A stretch of 33,965 nt of DNA from Octopus sinensis (GCF_006345805.1 NW_021831965.1:1-33965), one strand, 5' to 3'; positions 1 to 13,282 are shown, counted from the stretch's first letter. Numbers and translations: made by a program. Notes: generated by a model from the sequence alone, not told the origin.

Positions 1-140
1 ATATATATATATGTAAATATATATGCATATATATGTATATATATATATTTATATATATATATATGTATGTTTATATATATATATTTATATATATATATAA
101 ATATATATTTATATAAATATATACATATATAAATATTATA
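1..140. repeat. Degenerate (TA)n microsatellite
   Basis: Directly visible TA dinucleotide run with occasional G/C interruptions. Confidence 0.95.
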
Positions 141-258
141 AATAGATGAGTGTATTTTTACCTTGTTTTTTTAAACAATATTAATACCGTTCTGTCTATC
201 GCTATACACATCCATCATTTTTTGCTAAAATGTCGTATTGACGAGTTTCGTTTTTTTC

Positions 259-344
259 ACTTTCCCGAAGAGAAGATTGCATCGTTTATACCATTTATTC
301 TTTTGAATAGTATCAGTGGAATCTTCGAAACAGGTGTCGAAAGT
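259..344 (+). ncRNA. Minimal type I hammerhead ribozyme motif (U4C core variant)
   Basis: ACTTTC(259-264) CCGAAGA(265-271) GAAGATT(272-278)...AATCTTC(320-326) GAAA(327-330) CAGGTG TC(337-338) GAAAGT(339-344): perfect 6-bp stem I, 7-bp stem II, very short near-palindromic stem III, GUC triplet. Core differs from CUGANGA at position 4. Confidence 0.7.
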
Positions 345-391
345 AAAAATATTTGTTTACACCTGCGTTAACTCCATTTTTATTCATATTA

Positions 392-392
392 C

Positions 393-447
<55 letters not shown>
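392..447. repeat. (TA)n microsatellite
   Basis: Nearly pure TA run. Confidence 0.95.
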
Positions 448-448
<1 letters not shown>

Positions 449-1015
449 TTCCGGTTTCGTAGGGGAAAGACGTTTTTGCTTTTGCTCTGTGATTAAAACA
501 AAAAGGTTTGCGTAATTTGACGAATGAATCTGCTAAAACTGATAAAAATGTAGAACTTGTTATCTCATAGCGATCTACTAGGATATATTAGTTAAAAACC
601 GTAATATATTTCGCTCCAAGCTAAATATAATACACTAAAGTTAATTACGCACTCAAGATTTCCCTTCGAAAAAGCACATGGTGGCATCTTGTAAGTTTAT
701 TACCAACTGACTGTAACAAGGAAAAATTGTTTCCTTTTCTTCTTTGAAAGAAAACTTCTTCGTATAGGGACACGGATTTGGAACTTCTGCCTCTTGTGAG
801 ATAAGTACCCCTTTTCATTTGTTTAATATCCTGTAATTCAATGTAATGTCTGAGTTAGGACCCCATCTCTGTTTACATTCTGTTAATAATCTTCTTTAAA
901 TTTCTGTTTCAGCACCCGCTTTGCTTTTGTCAATTTCTCACTACATCTCCTTAAAATTATTCAATTTTAGATAAGTATATATATATTTGTTGCTTTATTT
1001 AAATATATATATATT

Positions 1016-1575
1016 TACTCAGCCTCTCAATCTTCCTAAATATATAGATGCGAACATTAGAAATATAGTCGTAATTAGTTTAGAAGAAAACTTTCGTAGT
1101 TATGGATAGATAGATATTTATAATTAGCTTAGAAGAGAACTTTCGTAGGTGCAGATAGATATATATTTGTTGCATAACCTCCTCTTTCATTTCTTTCTCT
1201 CTCTGTCTCTTCAATTCTCTCCTTCACGCCTCTTTCTCTGTCTCTTCACTTTTCTCTGTCGCACCATCTTTCCTCTCTCAGCCTCTCAATCTTCCTAAAT
1301 ATATAGACGCGAACATTAGGAATATAGTTGTAATTAGTTTAGAAGAGAACTTTCGTAGTTACGGATAGATAGATATTTATAATTAGCTTAGAAGAGAACT
1401 TTCGTAGGTGCAGATAGATATATATTTATTTGTTGCATATCCTCCTCTCTTTCATTTCTTTCTCTCTCTGCCTCTTCACTTCTCTCCTTCGAGCCTCTTA
1501 CTCTGTCTCTTCACTTCTCTCTGTCGCACCATCTTTCCTCTCTAAGCCTCTCAATCTTTCTAAATATATAGACAA
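1016..1575. repeat. Tandem repeat, ~260-bp unit, ~2.1 copies, with internal ~49-bp duplication and CT-rich half
   Basis: AGCCTCTCAATCTT recurs at 1021, 1280 and 1545; TAATTAGYTTAGAAGARAACTTTCGTAG occurs twice per unit. Confidence 0.9.
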
Positions 1576-2589
1576 GAAATTTCTCCTCTCATTCTCTCTT
1601 ACTCTCTTCTTCTCAGCTTTCTCTCAGGTTTCAATCTCTCTAAATACATAGACACTTTCTTTCTCTATTTCTTCTCTACCCTCTATCACACTGTTAAATT
1701 TTAAACATAATTAGATAAATAAATAAAATATCCAAAATAATTTCCAGAACTTCGAGGAGCATGGAATTGGCATTGTTCTTGAGAGCCTGGTGATGTGCTG
1801 ACGGAGATAATCCAAACAACTTAATTACAGCTGCGCTGAAGAACAATGGTTACACAAGGACGTTAGCACTGATAGAGTGAAAAAAGCAGGAGTTTATACG
1901 CTCCTATGGTCTTTATATCCCATATCAGCACTCTTTATGCCATCTTTCACAATGAACAAAGCAAAGATGACAAAGATGGAGGCACGGATGCAGTTGAAAG
2001 ATGTCACCCCCACTTGGTAGACACTCAGGACAACAAAGAAGATTGAAGTGAGAAACCTGCCCCTACCAGCATCAAAAGCCAAAACCATGGAGATGAAAGA
2101 GCCAAAAAAGAAGTAAAACAAGGAAAAACTGAAAAAAAAAACAAGGGATGAAACAGCCAAGGATAGAAGCAAACCTGACAATCCATATACCAAAAAGGAT
2201 AGAAAGAGACTCACACACGAATGTGTAAATTCTACCTGAAAGGTGTCTGCTGGCATGGAGAGGAAGGTGCAGGCTGCAGTTTTGCACACTAAAGACCCTG
2301 CTACATAAACATGAAACAAGGCAGAAACCAACTGCCATAAGAAAAAGGAAAGAACTATGCACCACCTGCCCCAAAACGGAGGTACGCAGATGTAGTGTGT
2401 GTTACAAACCATCAACATGTTATTTAAAGGGCAGCTGCTGAACAAGAATCTTTTTTGTACATGGCACAAAAGATTGTACAGCAGCTAACCTGGCTTCGTC
2501 AAACTCAAATTCACAGATGGGACTATCCACAATACACAGCAAATAGACCCAAGGTGGACACCACTGGCAACAACACACACATCACCTAG

Positions 2590-3045
2590 ATGCTCCTACT
2601 GAACATCAGAGGACTGCTAACACTCAGTAACAGGATAAAAATCCCTTTCTTGAGAGACCTTGTTGCATGCAATCAAGCCTTATGCATAGCACTTACGGAG
2701 ACTCACCTGAAACCGGATATAGCAGATGCGGAAATACACATACCACAGTATGTTGTATTACGGACCGGTAGAAAAGAAAGGAGTCACGGAGGAGTTGCTA
2801 TGTACATCCGCGAGGACATCACACCCCAGGTTCTTTTGTCATACTCAAATTTGGTGTGTGACACACTAATTGTACATATAAGGCAACTCGGTGTAATTAT
2901 ATGTGCTACATATCGCCCTCCAGATGCTCCAAGCCATGTAAGCAAGTTTGAAGACTGCCTTACAAAAATAGAAGTTCTAGTCACATTAGAACAACACATA
3001 AGTGTACTTCCTATGGGGGACTTCAATTTGCCCAATGTCAGATAA
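2590..3045 (+). pseudogene. APE-type endonuclease domain of LINE ORF2 (truncated by internal deletion)
   Basis: Canonical EEP motifs; after GDFNLPNV the sequence jumps to IKSNPRAFYRYAK, which normally lies much further downstream. Confidence 0.88.
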
Positions 3046-3149
3046 AATCTAACCCCAGAGCTTTCTACAGGTATGCCAAAGAAACAGCTACGGCACACTG
3101 TAGGATAGGGCCACTCGTTGAAAAAGATGGTACACTCACAGGAAATCCA

Positions 3150-4139
3150 ATGAGGATAAGTGAAATACTGAATGAGCAATTCAAGAGTGTTTTCACTCCA
3201 CCCCTAGGGCATTTCCAAATCAGCAATCCAACTGACTTCTTTACCACTGCAGATATAAAATCAGAGGCAGCGATGATTGATTACATCAATATAAAGGAAG
3301 ACGATGTAATAAAGGCTCTAGATGAAATGAACCTAAACTTAGCTACTGGCCCCGATGGATTCCCAGCAATCCTTCTAAAAGTATGTAAAAGAGTCCTAGC
3401 AAGACCACTGCAGTTCCTCTTTCAGAGCTTCCTTGCAACTGGCAAACTTCCAAGAAAACTGAAGGAGGGGAAAATATGCCTTCTTCATAAAGGAAGTAGC
3501 AGAGCAGAGGCCAAGAACTACAGACCTATCTCTCTGACCTCACACATCAGCAAGGTCATGGAACGAATAGTCAGAAGGAAACTAATCGCCTTCCAACATG
3601 GTTTCCGACCAGGAAGAAGCTGCCTAACTCAGCTCCTAAAACACTATTACTGGGTGCTGAAACAACTGCTCAACCACTCATATGTGGAAGTAATATATCT
3701 CGACTTTGCAAAGGCCTTTGATAAAGTCAATCATGGAATGAAAGGTCACAAGCTGCGTGATCTTGGCATAGTTGGAAAATTGGGAGAATGGCTTCATGAC
3801 TTTCTGAAGGATAGAAGTCAGGTGGTAGTAGCCAATGGGGCCACCTCCAATAACACACAAATAGTGAGCGGTATTCCACAAGGCACTGTTTTGGGACCAC
3901 TACTGTTCATAATGGCCCTCTCAGACATGCCCTCAGCCACGCAGAGAGCCACGATCACAAGTTATGCAGTTGATACAAAAGTTTCACTGGTAATACAGAA
4001 CCCTGAAGACACTATGCACCTGCAATGTGAGCTGGACAAAATATACAAGTGGGCTGAAAAGAATAGCATGCAGTTCAATGCCGAAAAAGTTTCAAGCTTT
4101 ATGCTATCAGCATGCAAAACTAAATGCAATACCCAATAA
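3150..4139 (+). pseudogene. Reverse transcriptase domain of LINE ORF2, catalytic YADD mutated to YAVD
   Basis: RT motifs in the ORF track; 'SYAVDTK' at the YADD position; frameshift near 4090. Confidence 0.9.
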
Positions 4140-4867
4140 ATACACTGGATGGAGGGATTGCAATCCCAGAGGCACAATCAGTGCAAGATTTGGGTATTTA
4201 CATGAGTAATGATGCAACCTTTCATGTGCATGTTGCTAAATTGGCAATGAAATGATGGTCCTCTGGAGGACACTTGTCCTAAGCCACTTTGACTATTGCT
4301 CTCAGCTATGGTCACCAACCAGTGTCAAATTAATCACAGAGCTACACGAAGAAGATAGCCTCTGTGCAGCATATAAGCTATTGGGAAAGACTCGAGAGAT
4401 TAAGACTCTATTCCTTAGAGCATAGGCGAGAAAGATATGCCATAATATACATCTGGAAGGACTTGTCCCAAACTTTGGCATCGAGAGTTACACAAATACG
4501 AGAACCGGGCGCCACTGCATTGTGCCAAGGACTCTAAATTTGCCATCAAGATGTAGGAAAAGATACTGCAATAGCTGGGGCTTCCGAAGTCCACAGCTCT
4601 TCAATATCCTCCTGAAGAGACCTGCATGGGGTGGATGCAGATGTCTTTAAAATAAAACTGGATCTCTTCCTGTCAGGTGTCCCAGATGAACCAACTTCAC
4701 GGCAGGAGGTGCAGATGAGGGCAGCTGCATCAAACTCTCTCATGCTTCAAATGTCAATTGCTAAAAAGCATTTGTGAAGTAAAATCATGTAGCAACACCG
4801 AATGGCAGTGCCCCAGCATGGCCACAGCTTGTGAGCTGAAACTAGATAAAATGAAAAATGAAATACG

Positions 4868-5753
<886 letters not shown>

Positions 5754-5754
5754 G

Positions 5755-6496
5755 CACGGCCAAAGAGGCAAAAACTGAGTACATCAACATTGAAGATGAT
5801 GATATCACACTAGCCATAGATGAGGTTGATGCAAACTCAGCTGCGGACCTGATGGATTCCCGGCGATCCTTCTCAAATCGTGCAAACGAGCCCTTGCAAA
5901 ACCGCTATAGCTTCTTTTTCAGAGCTTTCTTGCAAGTGGTAAGCTGCCAGTCAAATTGAAAGAGGGGGTAATATGCCCTATTAATAAGGGAGGTAGCAGA
6001 GCAGATGCTAAAAATTATAGGCCTATCTCTCTGACCTCACACATCAGCAAAGTCATGGAACGAATAGTTCGCAAGAAACTAATCATGTTCCTTGACGAAA
6101 ATGACTTGCTTGACTGACACCCAGTATGGATTTCGACCAGGTAGAAGCTGCCTAACACAGCTCCTGCAACACTATGACTGGGTGTTAAAACAGCTACTAA
6201 ATGGCTCAAATGTGGATGTAATCTATCTCAACTTTGCAAAAGCCTTTAATAAAGTCGTCCATGGTATGATCTGTCACAAACTGCAAGGTCTCGGCATAGG
6301 CGGAAAACTTGGAGAGTGGCTGCACAACTTCCTAAAAGACAGAAGACAGGCAGTTGTGAGCAATGGAGCCACCTCCAAGGAAACACAAATAACAAGCGGT
6401 GTTCCACAGGGCATTGTCTTGGGGCTACTGCTGTTCATAGTGGCCCTTTCAGACATGCCTTCAGTTGCTACGGTGGCCACCCTTGCTAGATATGCA
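5755..6496 (+). mobile_element. Second, diverged RT fragment of the same LINE family as 1740-4865
   Basis: Collinear with ~3250-3970 (CCTATCTCTCTGACCTCACACATCAGCAA shared; QYGFRPGRSCLTQLL, GVPQG.VLG.LLF); breaks off at the YA of YADD. Confidence 0.88.
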
Positions 6497-7358
6497 ATCT
6501 TTGAAGAAATGGAAAGTCTTCTTTCTCTTTGGATTGTTAAGTTGAATTGTCAGTATGCTACTATTAATCAAGAAATCATTCAAGAGAAAATGTTGTCTTT
6601 GTTTGAGGACCCGAAGAAAAAAATATTCAGATGAGAAAGATGTAGAGTTTGAGGCAAGTCAAGGATGGTTCATGAGATTTAAGGACCAAAGAAGTTATCA
6701 CTCCATTAAGAAGCAATCAGCTGACAAACAAACTTTTCCAAGATTATGGGGGCTTGTTACAAAGCTTTTGCTCCTTATAATGTAATCCTTGAGCAGAAGA
6801 TGGCAGTTGAAGGAACTCTAAACTGGTTTTTTTAAGTGCATCGAACAACAAAACAGCCAGAGACAGCTGTTGATGTTGACGATCCACAGCCATCTACATC
6901 CATGATATAAACCAAATTGTATGTACATATTGGTAAATTTTAAATAATTTATTTTTTTTACTATTGCAACAAAAAAACAATTACTGAATTTGTTTTTTAA
7001 GCTTAGAAAAGCTTTTATTTTACCATGTCTTATTGCAAACTGCATTCATAAATGAAGCATCCATGATGTAAACACCGCCAAATTGTATTCATAAATTTTG
7101 ATTACTTATTTTTTTACTGTACTGTATTAAAAAATAAAAATTATTTATTTGTAAGCTTAAAATAGGTTGTTATTAACCATGTATTATTGAAAATGCATTC
7201 ATAAATAAAGTAGAGAACTGGGAAAGGTTATTATCAGTTTGGCCTAGAGACAAGTAAATTCTGCCTAACCTAGAGACAAGTTATTTCAACTGAAGTCATT
7301 TTTTGACTTAAGTCGTGTCTCCTGGAACCAATTAACAATGTAAGGTGAAGTATGCCTG
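6497..7358 (+). mobile_element. Tigger/pogo-family DNA transposon remnant (CENP-B-type HTH fragment plus 3' TIR)
   Basis: EEMESLLSLWI..IIQEKMLSLFED..EFEASQGWFMRFK matches the Tigger HTH; ends GAAGTATGCCTG|TA (reverse complement CAGGCATACTTC, Tigger-like TIR) followed by TA. DDE domain missing. Confidence 0.8.
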
Positions 7359-7383
7359 TATTAATAAATAATATATAACATAT

Positions 7384-7493
7384 ATCAGATCAGATTGGAG
7401 CCTGGTGTAGCCATCTGGTTCACCAGACCTCAGTCAAATCGTCCAATCCATGCTAGCATGGAAAGCGGACATTAAACAATGATAATGATGATG
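7384..7493 (+). mobile_element. Short 3'-end fragment of RTE LINE
   Basis: TCCAATCCATGCTAGCATGGAAAGCGGACATTAAA plus (TGA)n tail, matching the ends at 27250-27310 and 32600-32660. Confidence 0.85.
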
Positions 7494-7900
7494 AAATGGG
7501 TACAGAATGTCACCAACGGCACGAATAACATGAAATATGTAAACAAACGAGGAAAAATTGAGTGAAATATGTAAATAATGAGAAAAAAATGGAAAACAGG
7601 ACAAGTTAACGCAGAGAAAGGATCCTTCATCAGTTGTCGGCTGTCTATCTACTCCTCATTTCAAGCATTCAACAACAATATGAGTCTTCAAAGACAGTTG
7701 CTCCCATAAATTCTAAAATAAAATTTAGTATTTATGGAGGGTCAAAGTTGAGAACAGAAAAATGACAGTGGAGACATACAAGGAAACCGAATGAAAATAA
7801 ATATGGAGGGTCATTAGACCAGAACAAAAAGAAAACAGTGAACACAAGGACAAACATTTTTTTTTTTAAGAGAAAGGATAGAAAAACACGTCCCATATAT

Positions 7901-10900
7901 ATCATCATCATCGTTTAACGTCCGTTCTCCATACTAGCATGGGTTGGACGGTTCGACCGGGGATCTGGGAAGCCAGAAGGCTGCACCAGGCTCCAGTCTT
8001 ATCTGGCAATGTTTCTACAGCTGGATGCCCTTCCTAACGCCAACCACTCCGTGAGTGTAGTGGGTGCTTTTTACGTGCCACCTGCACAGGTGCCAGGCGA
8101 GGCTGGCAACGGCCACGGTCGGATTGGTGTATTTTATGTGCCACTGGCACGGAAGCCAGTCGAGGCGGCGCTGGCATCGGCCACGAGTCGGATAGTGCAT
8201 TTTACGTACCACCAGACCAGGGATCCTGGCTGGTTCAATTCAATTTCACTTTCCCCAACATGTCTTCGCAAGCAAAGGGGGGTTGGCATGGGTGCCTGTC
8301 GTACGGTCGGATTGGTGTATTTTACGTGCCACCGGCACGGAAGCCAGTGCAGGCGGCGCTGGCATCGGCCACGAGTCGGATAGTGCTTTTTACGTACCAC
8401 CAGACCAGGGATCCTGGCTGGTTCAATTCGATTTCGCTTGCCCCAACATGTCTTCGCAAGCAAAGGGGGTTGGCATGGGTGCCTGTCGTCGGATGAGGTT
8501 CTATATCGACTTCGCTTGCCTCAACAGGTCTTTGTGCCAAGGGAGGAAAGGCATTCATAAGTGGGCTGGGCTCACTTGTCCTGCCTGGTCTTCTCACGTA
8601 CAGCATATTTCCAAAGGTCTCGGTCGCTGGTCATTTCCTCAGTGAGGCCTAAAGTTCGAAGGTCGTGCTTCACCACCTCGTCCCAGGTTTTCTTGGGTCT
8701 ACCTCTTCCACGGGTTCCCTCAACTGCTAGGGATTGGCACTTTCTCACACACCTATCTTCATCCATTCTCGCCACATGACCATACCAGCGCAATCGTCTC
8801 TCTTGCACACCACAACTGATGCTTCTTAGGTACAACATTTCTCTCAAGGTACTAATGCTCTGTCGAGTATGTACACTGACATTACACATCCATCGGAGCA
8901 TACTGGCTTCATTCCTCACGAGCTTACGCATGTCCTCAGCAGTCACGGCCCATGTTTCACTGCCATGTAGCATGGCTGTTCATACACATGCATCATACAG
9001 TCTGCCTTTTACTCTGAGCGAGAGGCCTTTAGTCATCAGCAGAGGTAAGAGCTCCCTAAACTATGCCCAGGCTATTCTTATTCTAGCAGTTACACTTTCA
9101 GTGCACCCACCCCCACTACTGACTTGGCCACCTAGATAACGGAAGCTATCAACTACTTCTAGTTTTTCCCCCTAGAAAGTGACGGAAGATGTTTTCTGCA
9201 GATTTTCGGAGGTGAATGCTCCCGAGCATCTGCCACATACAAAAACTATCTTCCCAGTTAGCCTACCTTTGACATTGCTGCACCTCTTATGTGTCCATAG
9301 CTTACACTGGGTACATCTTATAGAGTTTCTACCTACACCTTTTCTACAGATCGAGCAGGGCCATCTTCCTGACGACATTTGTGGATTGTCTATCTTCCTA
9401 CTTATTAGTACTTTGGTTTTAGCTAGGTTGACTCTAAGGCGCCTCGATTCTAAACCCTCCTTCCACACCTGGAACTTCTCCTCCAGTTCTGATAGTGACT
9501 CAGCAATTAGAGCAAGGTCGTCAGCGTAGAGGAGCTCCCAGGGGCAACCTGTCTTGAATTCCTCCGTAATTGCCTGGAGGACTATGATAAATAGGAGGGG
9601 GCTGAGTACTGAACCCTGGTGGACCCCAACCTCTACTTTGAATTCTTCTGTGTACATGTTGCTAACCCTAACCTTACTTACGGCATCTCTGTACATGGCT
9701 TGCACAGCCCTCACCAGCCATTCATCTATCCCTAGTTTCCTCATTGACCACCAGATAAGGGATCGGGGGACCCTATCAAAGGCTTTCTCCATGTCAACGA
9801 AAGCCAGGTACAGGGGCTTATCTTTGGCTAGGTATTTCTCCTGCAGTTGCCTTACCAGGAATATAGCATCAGTGGTACTTTTCCCTGGCACGAACCCAAA
9901 CTGCATCTCATCTAAACTAACTCTCTCTCTAATTAGTTGGGCTATGACCCTCTCCGTAACCTTCATTACCTGATCCAACAGCTTGATACCTCTGTAATTA
10001 TTTATATCTAGGGTATCACCTTTACCTTTGTAGCAGTTGACTACTATGCTGCTACACCAGTCATTACCTGGTTGACTATACAGGTGACTAGGTTATAGCC
10101 GACACTGCCAGATATTTTGAGCATCTCTGCAGTAATTCCTGATGGGCCTGGGGCTTTCCTTGTCTTCATGCTTCTAATTGCTTTAACTACCAAAGAATTT
10201 TCAACTCGGATGGCTGGTCCCTCTGTTGGGTTGACATTCGGCAGACTCTCTTTATCCCATTCATTTTCTTTATTCAGCAACCTTTCATAGTGGCATCTCC
10301 AAACCTCTCTCTTTGCACCCTCATTTAGCGCAAGTGAACCATCATCCATGCGAACACACTTCTCTCCTACCACATCACGGTTCTCTCTCACACACTGTCT
10401 TGCAACACGAAATACCTCAAGTCTTTCATCCTCACGGCTCAGAACATTGGCAAATTTTTTCTTATCCACTTCCCCTCTGGATAAATAAACCTGTCTCCTA
10501 GCTTCCCTTCTGGCTGTCTGATACAATTCCCTGCTACCACCGTTCTTCCAGTCCTTCCAAGCCTGTCTCTTTTGTCTAATAGCCCTGTCAACCACAGTGT
10601 TCCACCACCATGTTACTCTGGGTCGAGATGGTACTTTGCTCCATCCACAGATCTGGTCAGTGGCTCTCAGCAGATTGTCCCGTAGAAATCTCCAGTTGTC
10701 TACCACATTAAGTGAAGCTATATCCCCTTCTATTTCGTCAAAGGCTTCGAGTAGTATGTCTCTAAATCTCTGTCCATTTGCAGGATCTTTAAGCTTCCAG
10801 ACCCTTCTCCAAGCTGGTCTTCTTCTGGGCAACCATTTAGCTCTGATCCTGAAGTCGCTAACTACTAATCTATGTTGAGGAGTACATTTTTCGCCTGGAA

Positions 10901-11302
10901 ATGTTTTGGCATTTATAAGCAGCCCTCCTTCCCTTTTTCTGGCAAGAATGTAGTCAATCTGGCTAGTGTGTCTGCCAGAACGGTAGGTGACTAGGTGAGA
11001 GGTGGGTTTCCTGAAGTTGGTATTGCAGACCATAAGGTCATTTGCATCGCAGAACTCCAGCAGCCTGGTTCCCTCCTCATTACGAGAGCCAAAACTGTAG
11101 CCTCCATGAATGCCATGGAAGCCCCCGACATGCCGTCCAACATGTCCATTGAAATCACCTGCCACGAAGAGAAGGTCACTGTCATTTGTCAACAAGGTAG
11201 TCCGCAATAGGGTGTCATAGAATTGGTCTTTTTGTCCTTCCGGTAGCCCTGGTTGAGGGGCATATGCCGAGATGATGGTAGCTGACCTATGGTGAAGCAC
11301 TA
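7901..11302 (-). mobile_element. 5'-truncated RTE-clade LINE (APE-RT with PHD insert), relatively young, flanked by (TA)n
   Basis: ORF pieces 10044-11300 (SAYAPQ, GDFNGHVG, SQIDYIL, QHRLV), 9172-9978 (QFGF, DMEKAFD, GVHQGSVLSPLLF, YADD) and 8572-8973 (RLRWYGHV, RGRPKKTW); (TGA)n tail at 7901-7912; a few stops and a frameshifting deletion near 10065. Confidence 0.95.
8115..8489 (-). repeat. Tandem duplication (2 x ~188 bp) in RTE 3' UTR
   Basis: ACGGTCGGATTGGTGTATTTTA at 8115 and 8303; the two units are nearly identical. Confidence 0.9.
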
Positions 11303-11315
11303 ATATATATATATA

Positions 11316-12435
11316 TGGGAGCTCCTTTGATGATCTTGTTCTTATAGGTGAATCACTATCTAACCTAGAGAAGAAATTTCAGGTGTGGAAGCAAGGTCTG
11401 GAATCTAAGGGCCTTAGAGTTAATTTAGCAAAGACCAAAGTCATAGAAAGTAGGAAAACAGACTAATCACAAGTCCCTTCAGGTGGATGGCTCTACTCAT
11501 AATATAAGTAGAGTATTGGTAGAAACTCCATAAGGTGTACCCAGTGCAAACTTTGGATACATAAGAGGTGTAGCAGTATCACAGGAAGGTTGACAATGAA
11601 AATAGTCTTTATGTGTGTCAAATGTGCAGATACAAGCACTAAAAACTCAGAGAGTAAACTTCATTAAATGCTCGGGTTGATCCTTAGAAGTAGTAGATAG
11701 CTTCTGTTACTTTGGTGATCAAGTTAGCAGTGGAGGAGGAAGTTCTGAAAGCACAGTTGCTAGGATAAGAACAGGCTGGGCAAAATTCAGACAGCGACTA
11801 CCTTTGTAGATAACTAATGGCTTCTTCCTCAGAAGGTAAATTGAATGATGCCTGTGTATGTACAGCTTTGCTACATGGCAGTGAAACATGGGTTATGACT
11901 ACAGAGGACATGTGAAGGCTTAAAAGAAATGAAGCCAGCATGCTTCACTGGATGAGTAATGTCAGTGTGCACATACAACAGAGTGTAAATGATTTAAGAG
12001 GTAAAATGGGTATAAGAGACATCAGATGTATGCAAGAGAGAAGACTGCACTGGTATCATCACGTGATGTTTATGGATGAGAACAGCTACTTAAAAGAGTT
12101 TTGATCTTTAATTGTGGAGGGAATCTGTGGAAGGGATAGACCCAGGAAGACATAGACGAATTGGTGAGACAGGATCTTCAGACACTGGGTCTCATTGACG
12201 ATAGATCAGCGAACCAGGACTTGTGGCAATTTGCTGTACTTAAGACAACATATCAAGCTAAGTAAAATCGTGGCAGGTGACAGAGTCACATAAAATGCAC
12301 CCATAAAACTGGTTGATGTTAGGAAGGGCATCAAGCTGTAGAAACAGACAAATGGAGTCAGGTTATCTTTCCAGCCAGCCAGCTCCTACCAAACTATTCA
12401 ACCCATGGAAAACAGATATTAAACAATGATGATGA
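11316..12435 (+). mobile_element. Old 5'-truncated RTE LINE fragment
   Basis: Starts at WELL.DDL, continues through the decayed PHD region, LHGSETW and GRPRKT to CCCATGGAAAACAGATATTAAA plus (TGA)n; many stops. Confidence 0.9.
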
Positions 12436-12463
12436 AATATATCATACGTATTATATACATATA

Positions 12464-13122
12464 GGTGGGATGGGGCAAAATTGGTAACTGGCTTGTCATT
12501 TCTCCCTACCTGTTTGATATTGATACATTACAAGTACTGCATTATTTTGTACTGTTGGTACATCTTTGAGAGTAAAAGCTGGTCAGCATTTTTTTTCTGT
12601 TGGGTTTCAAGTCACACATGTCTAATTTTATAACTGGGGCAAAATGAGTAATGGCTAATTTTAATAATGGTGCATAAAACTATATCAAGAAGGCATCAGC
12701 AGATTGTGAAGAAGTTATAGGGAATGTTGAGCTTTTAGATTTAGTTGAGTTTCATTAATTTCCTACTCTGCTATTTTATCTTTTATTCGACCAAGATATT
12801 TAACATTTTTGTTGCATTTCTGATGTCTAAGGATGGATATTGAAGTGGATGAGGTGTTTTTTTCTCTTTTTCAGATGTAATTCTGAAGAATTGAAAGGGG
12901 GATTTACCTTATTTTATCTTACTCATTTTACCCCAGCTAAATGTGTCTTTTATATGCTCAAAGAAAACGTTAATAGTTTTCTGAAATAGTGTTCAGAACA
13001 TGTTATAGTGTTTTTAATGCATTAAGAGAAAGTCATTTGCTTAGCTGATATAGTTTTTGTGAGATATATTTTTTCCTAAAGTCCAAAATGCAGTAAATCT
13101 TACTCATTCTGCCCCACCCACC
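12464..13122. mobile_element. Non-autonomous TIR DNA transposon (MITE, possibly Tc1/mariner-pogo)
   Basis: Left GGTGGGATGGGGCAAAATTGGTAA versus reverse complement of the right end GGTGGGTGGGGCAGAATGAGTAA; inner copies of the motif at ~12636 (+) and ~12919 (-). Confidence 0.7.
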
Positions 13123-13129
13123 CACCCAC

Positions 13130-13171
<42 letters not shown>

Positions 13172-13249
13172 ATGCCAAAAGGAAAACAGGACCACTAGCT
13201 GGCATATACAGATGCTTACATTTATCAAGTATTCACCCTGAATTTATTG

Positions 13250-13282
<33 letters not shown>

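Larger units (their letters stand above)
1740..4865 (+). mobile_element. Decayed APE-RT non-LTR retrotransposon (tentatively Proto2-like / CR1-like) with ORF1 remnant, broken ORF2 and 3' tail
   Basis: CCCH finger at 2224-2289; APE motifs (LLNIRGL, ALTETHL, GGVAMY, YRPP, GDFN) at 2590-3045; RT motifs (GPDG, NYRPISLTS, QHGFRPGRSC, YLDFAKAFDKV, GIPQGTVLGPLLF) at 3150-4139; frameshifted C-terminus YWERL..LYSLE.RRERY..IYIWK..AASNSL to ~4745; TGAAA-like tail before the TA run. Clade is inferred and the 5' boundary is approximate. Confidence 0.85.

Noticed and set aside
1894-2469. Hydrophobic minus-strand ORFs resembling membrane proteins
   Set aside because: Antisense to the A-rich LINE ORF1 remnant; compositional artefact.
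7600-7645. Minus-strand CTGATGAAGG hammerhead half
   Set aside because: No GAAA or stem III partner downstream before the RTE fragment at 7384-7493.
11290-11330. Divergent junction of two RTE pieces as a twin-priming inversion
   Set aside because: The two pieces overlap in ORF2 content, each has its own 3' tail, and they differ greatly in decay, so they are independent insertions.
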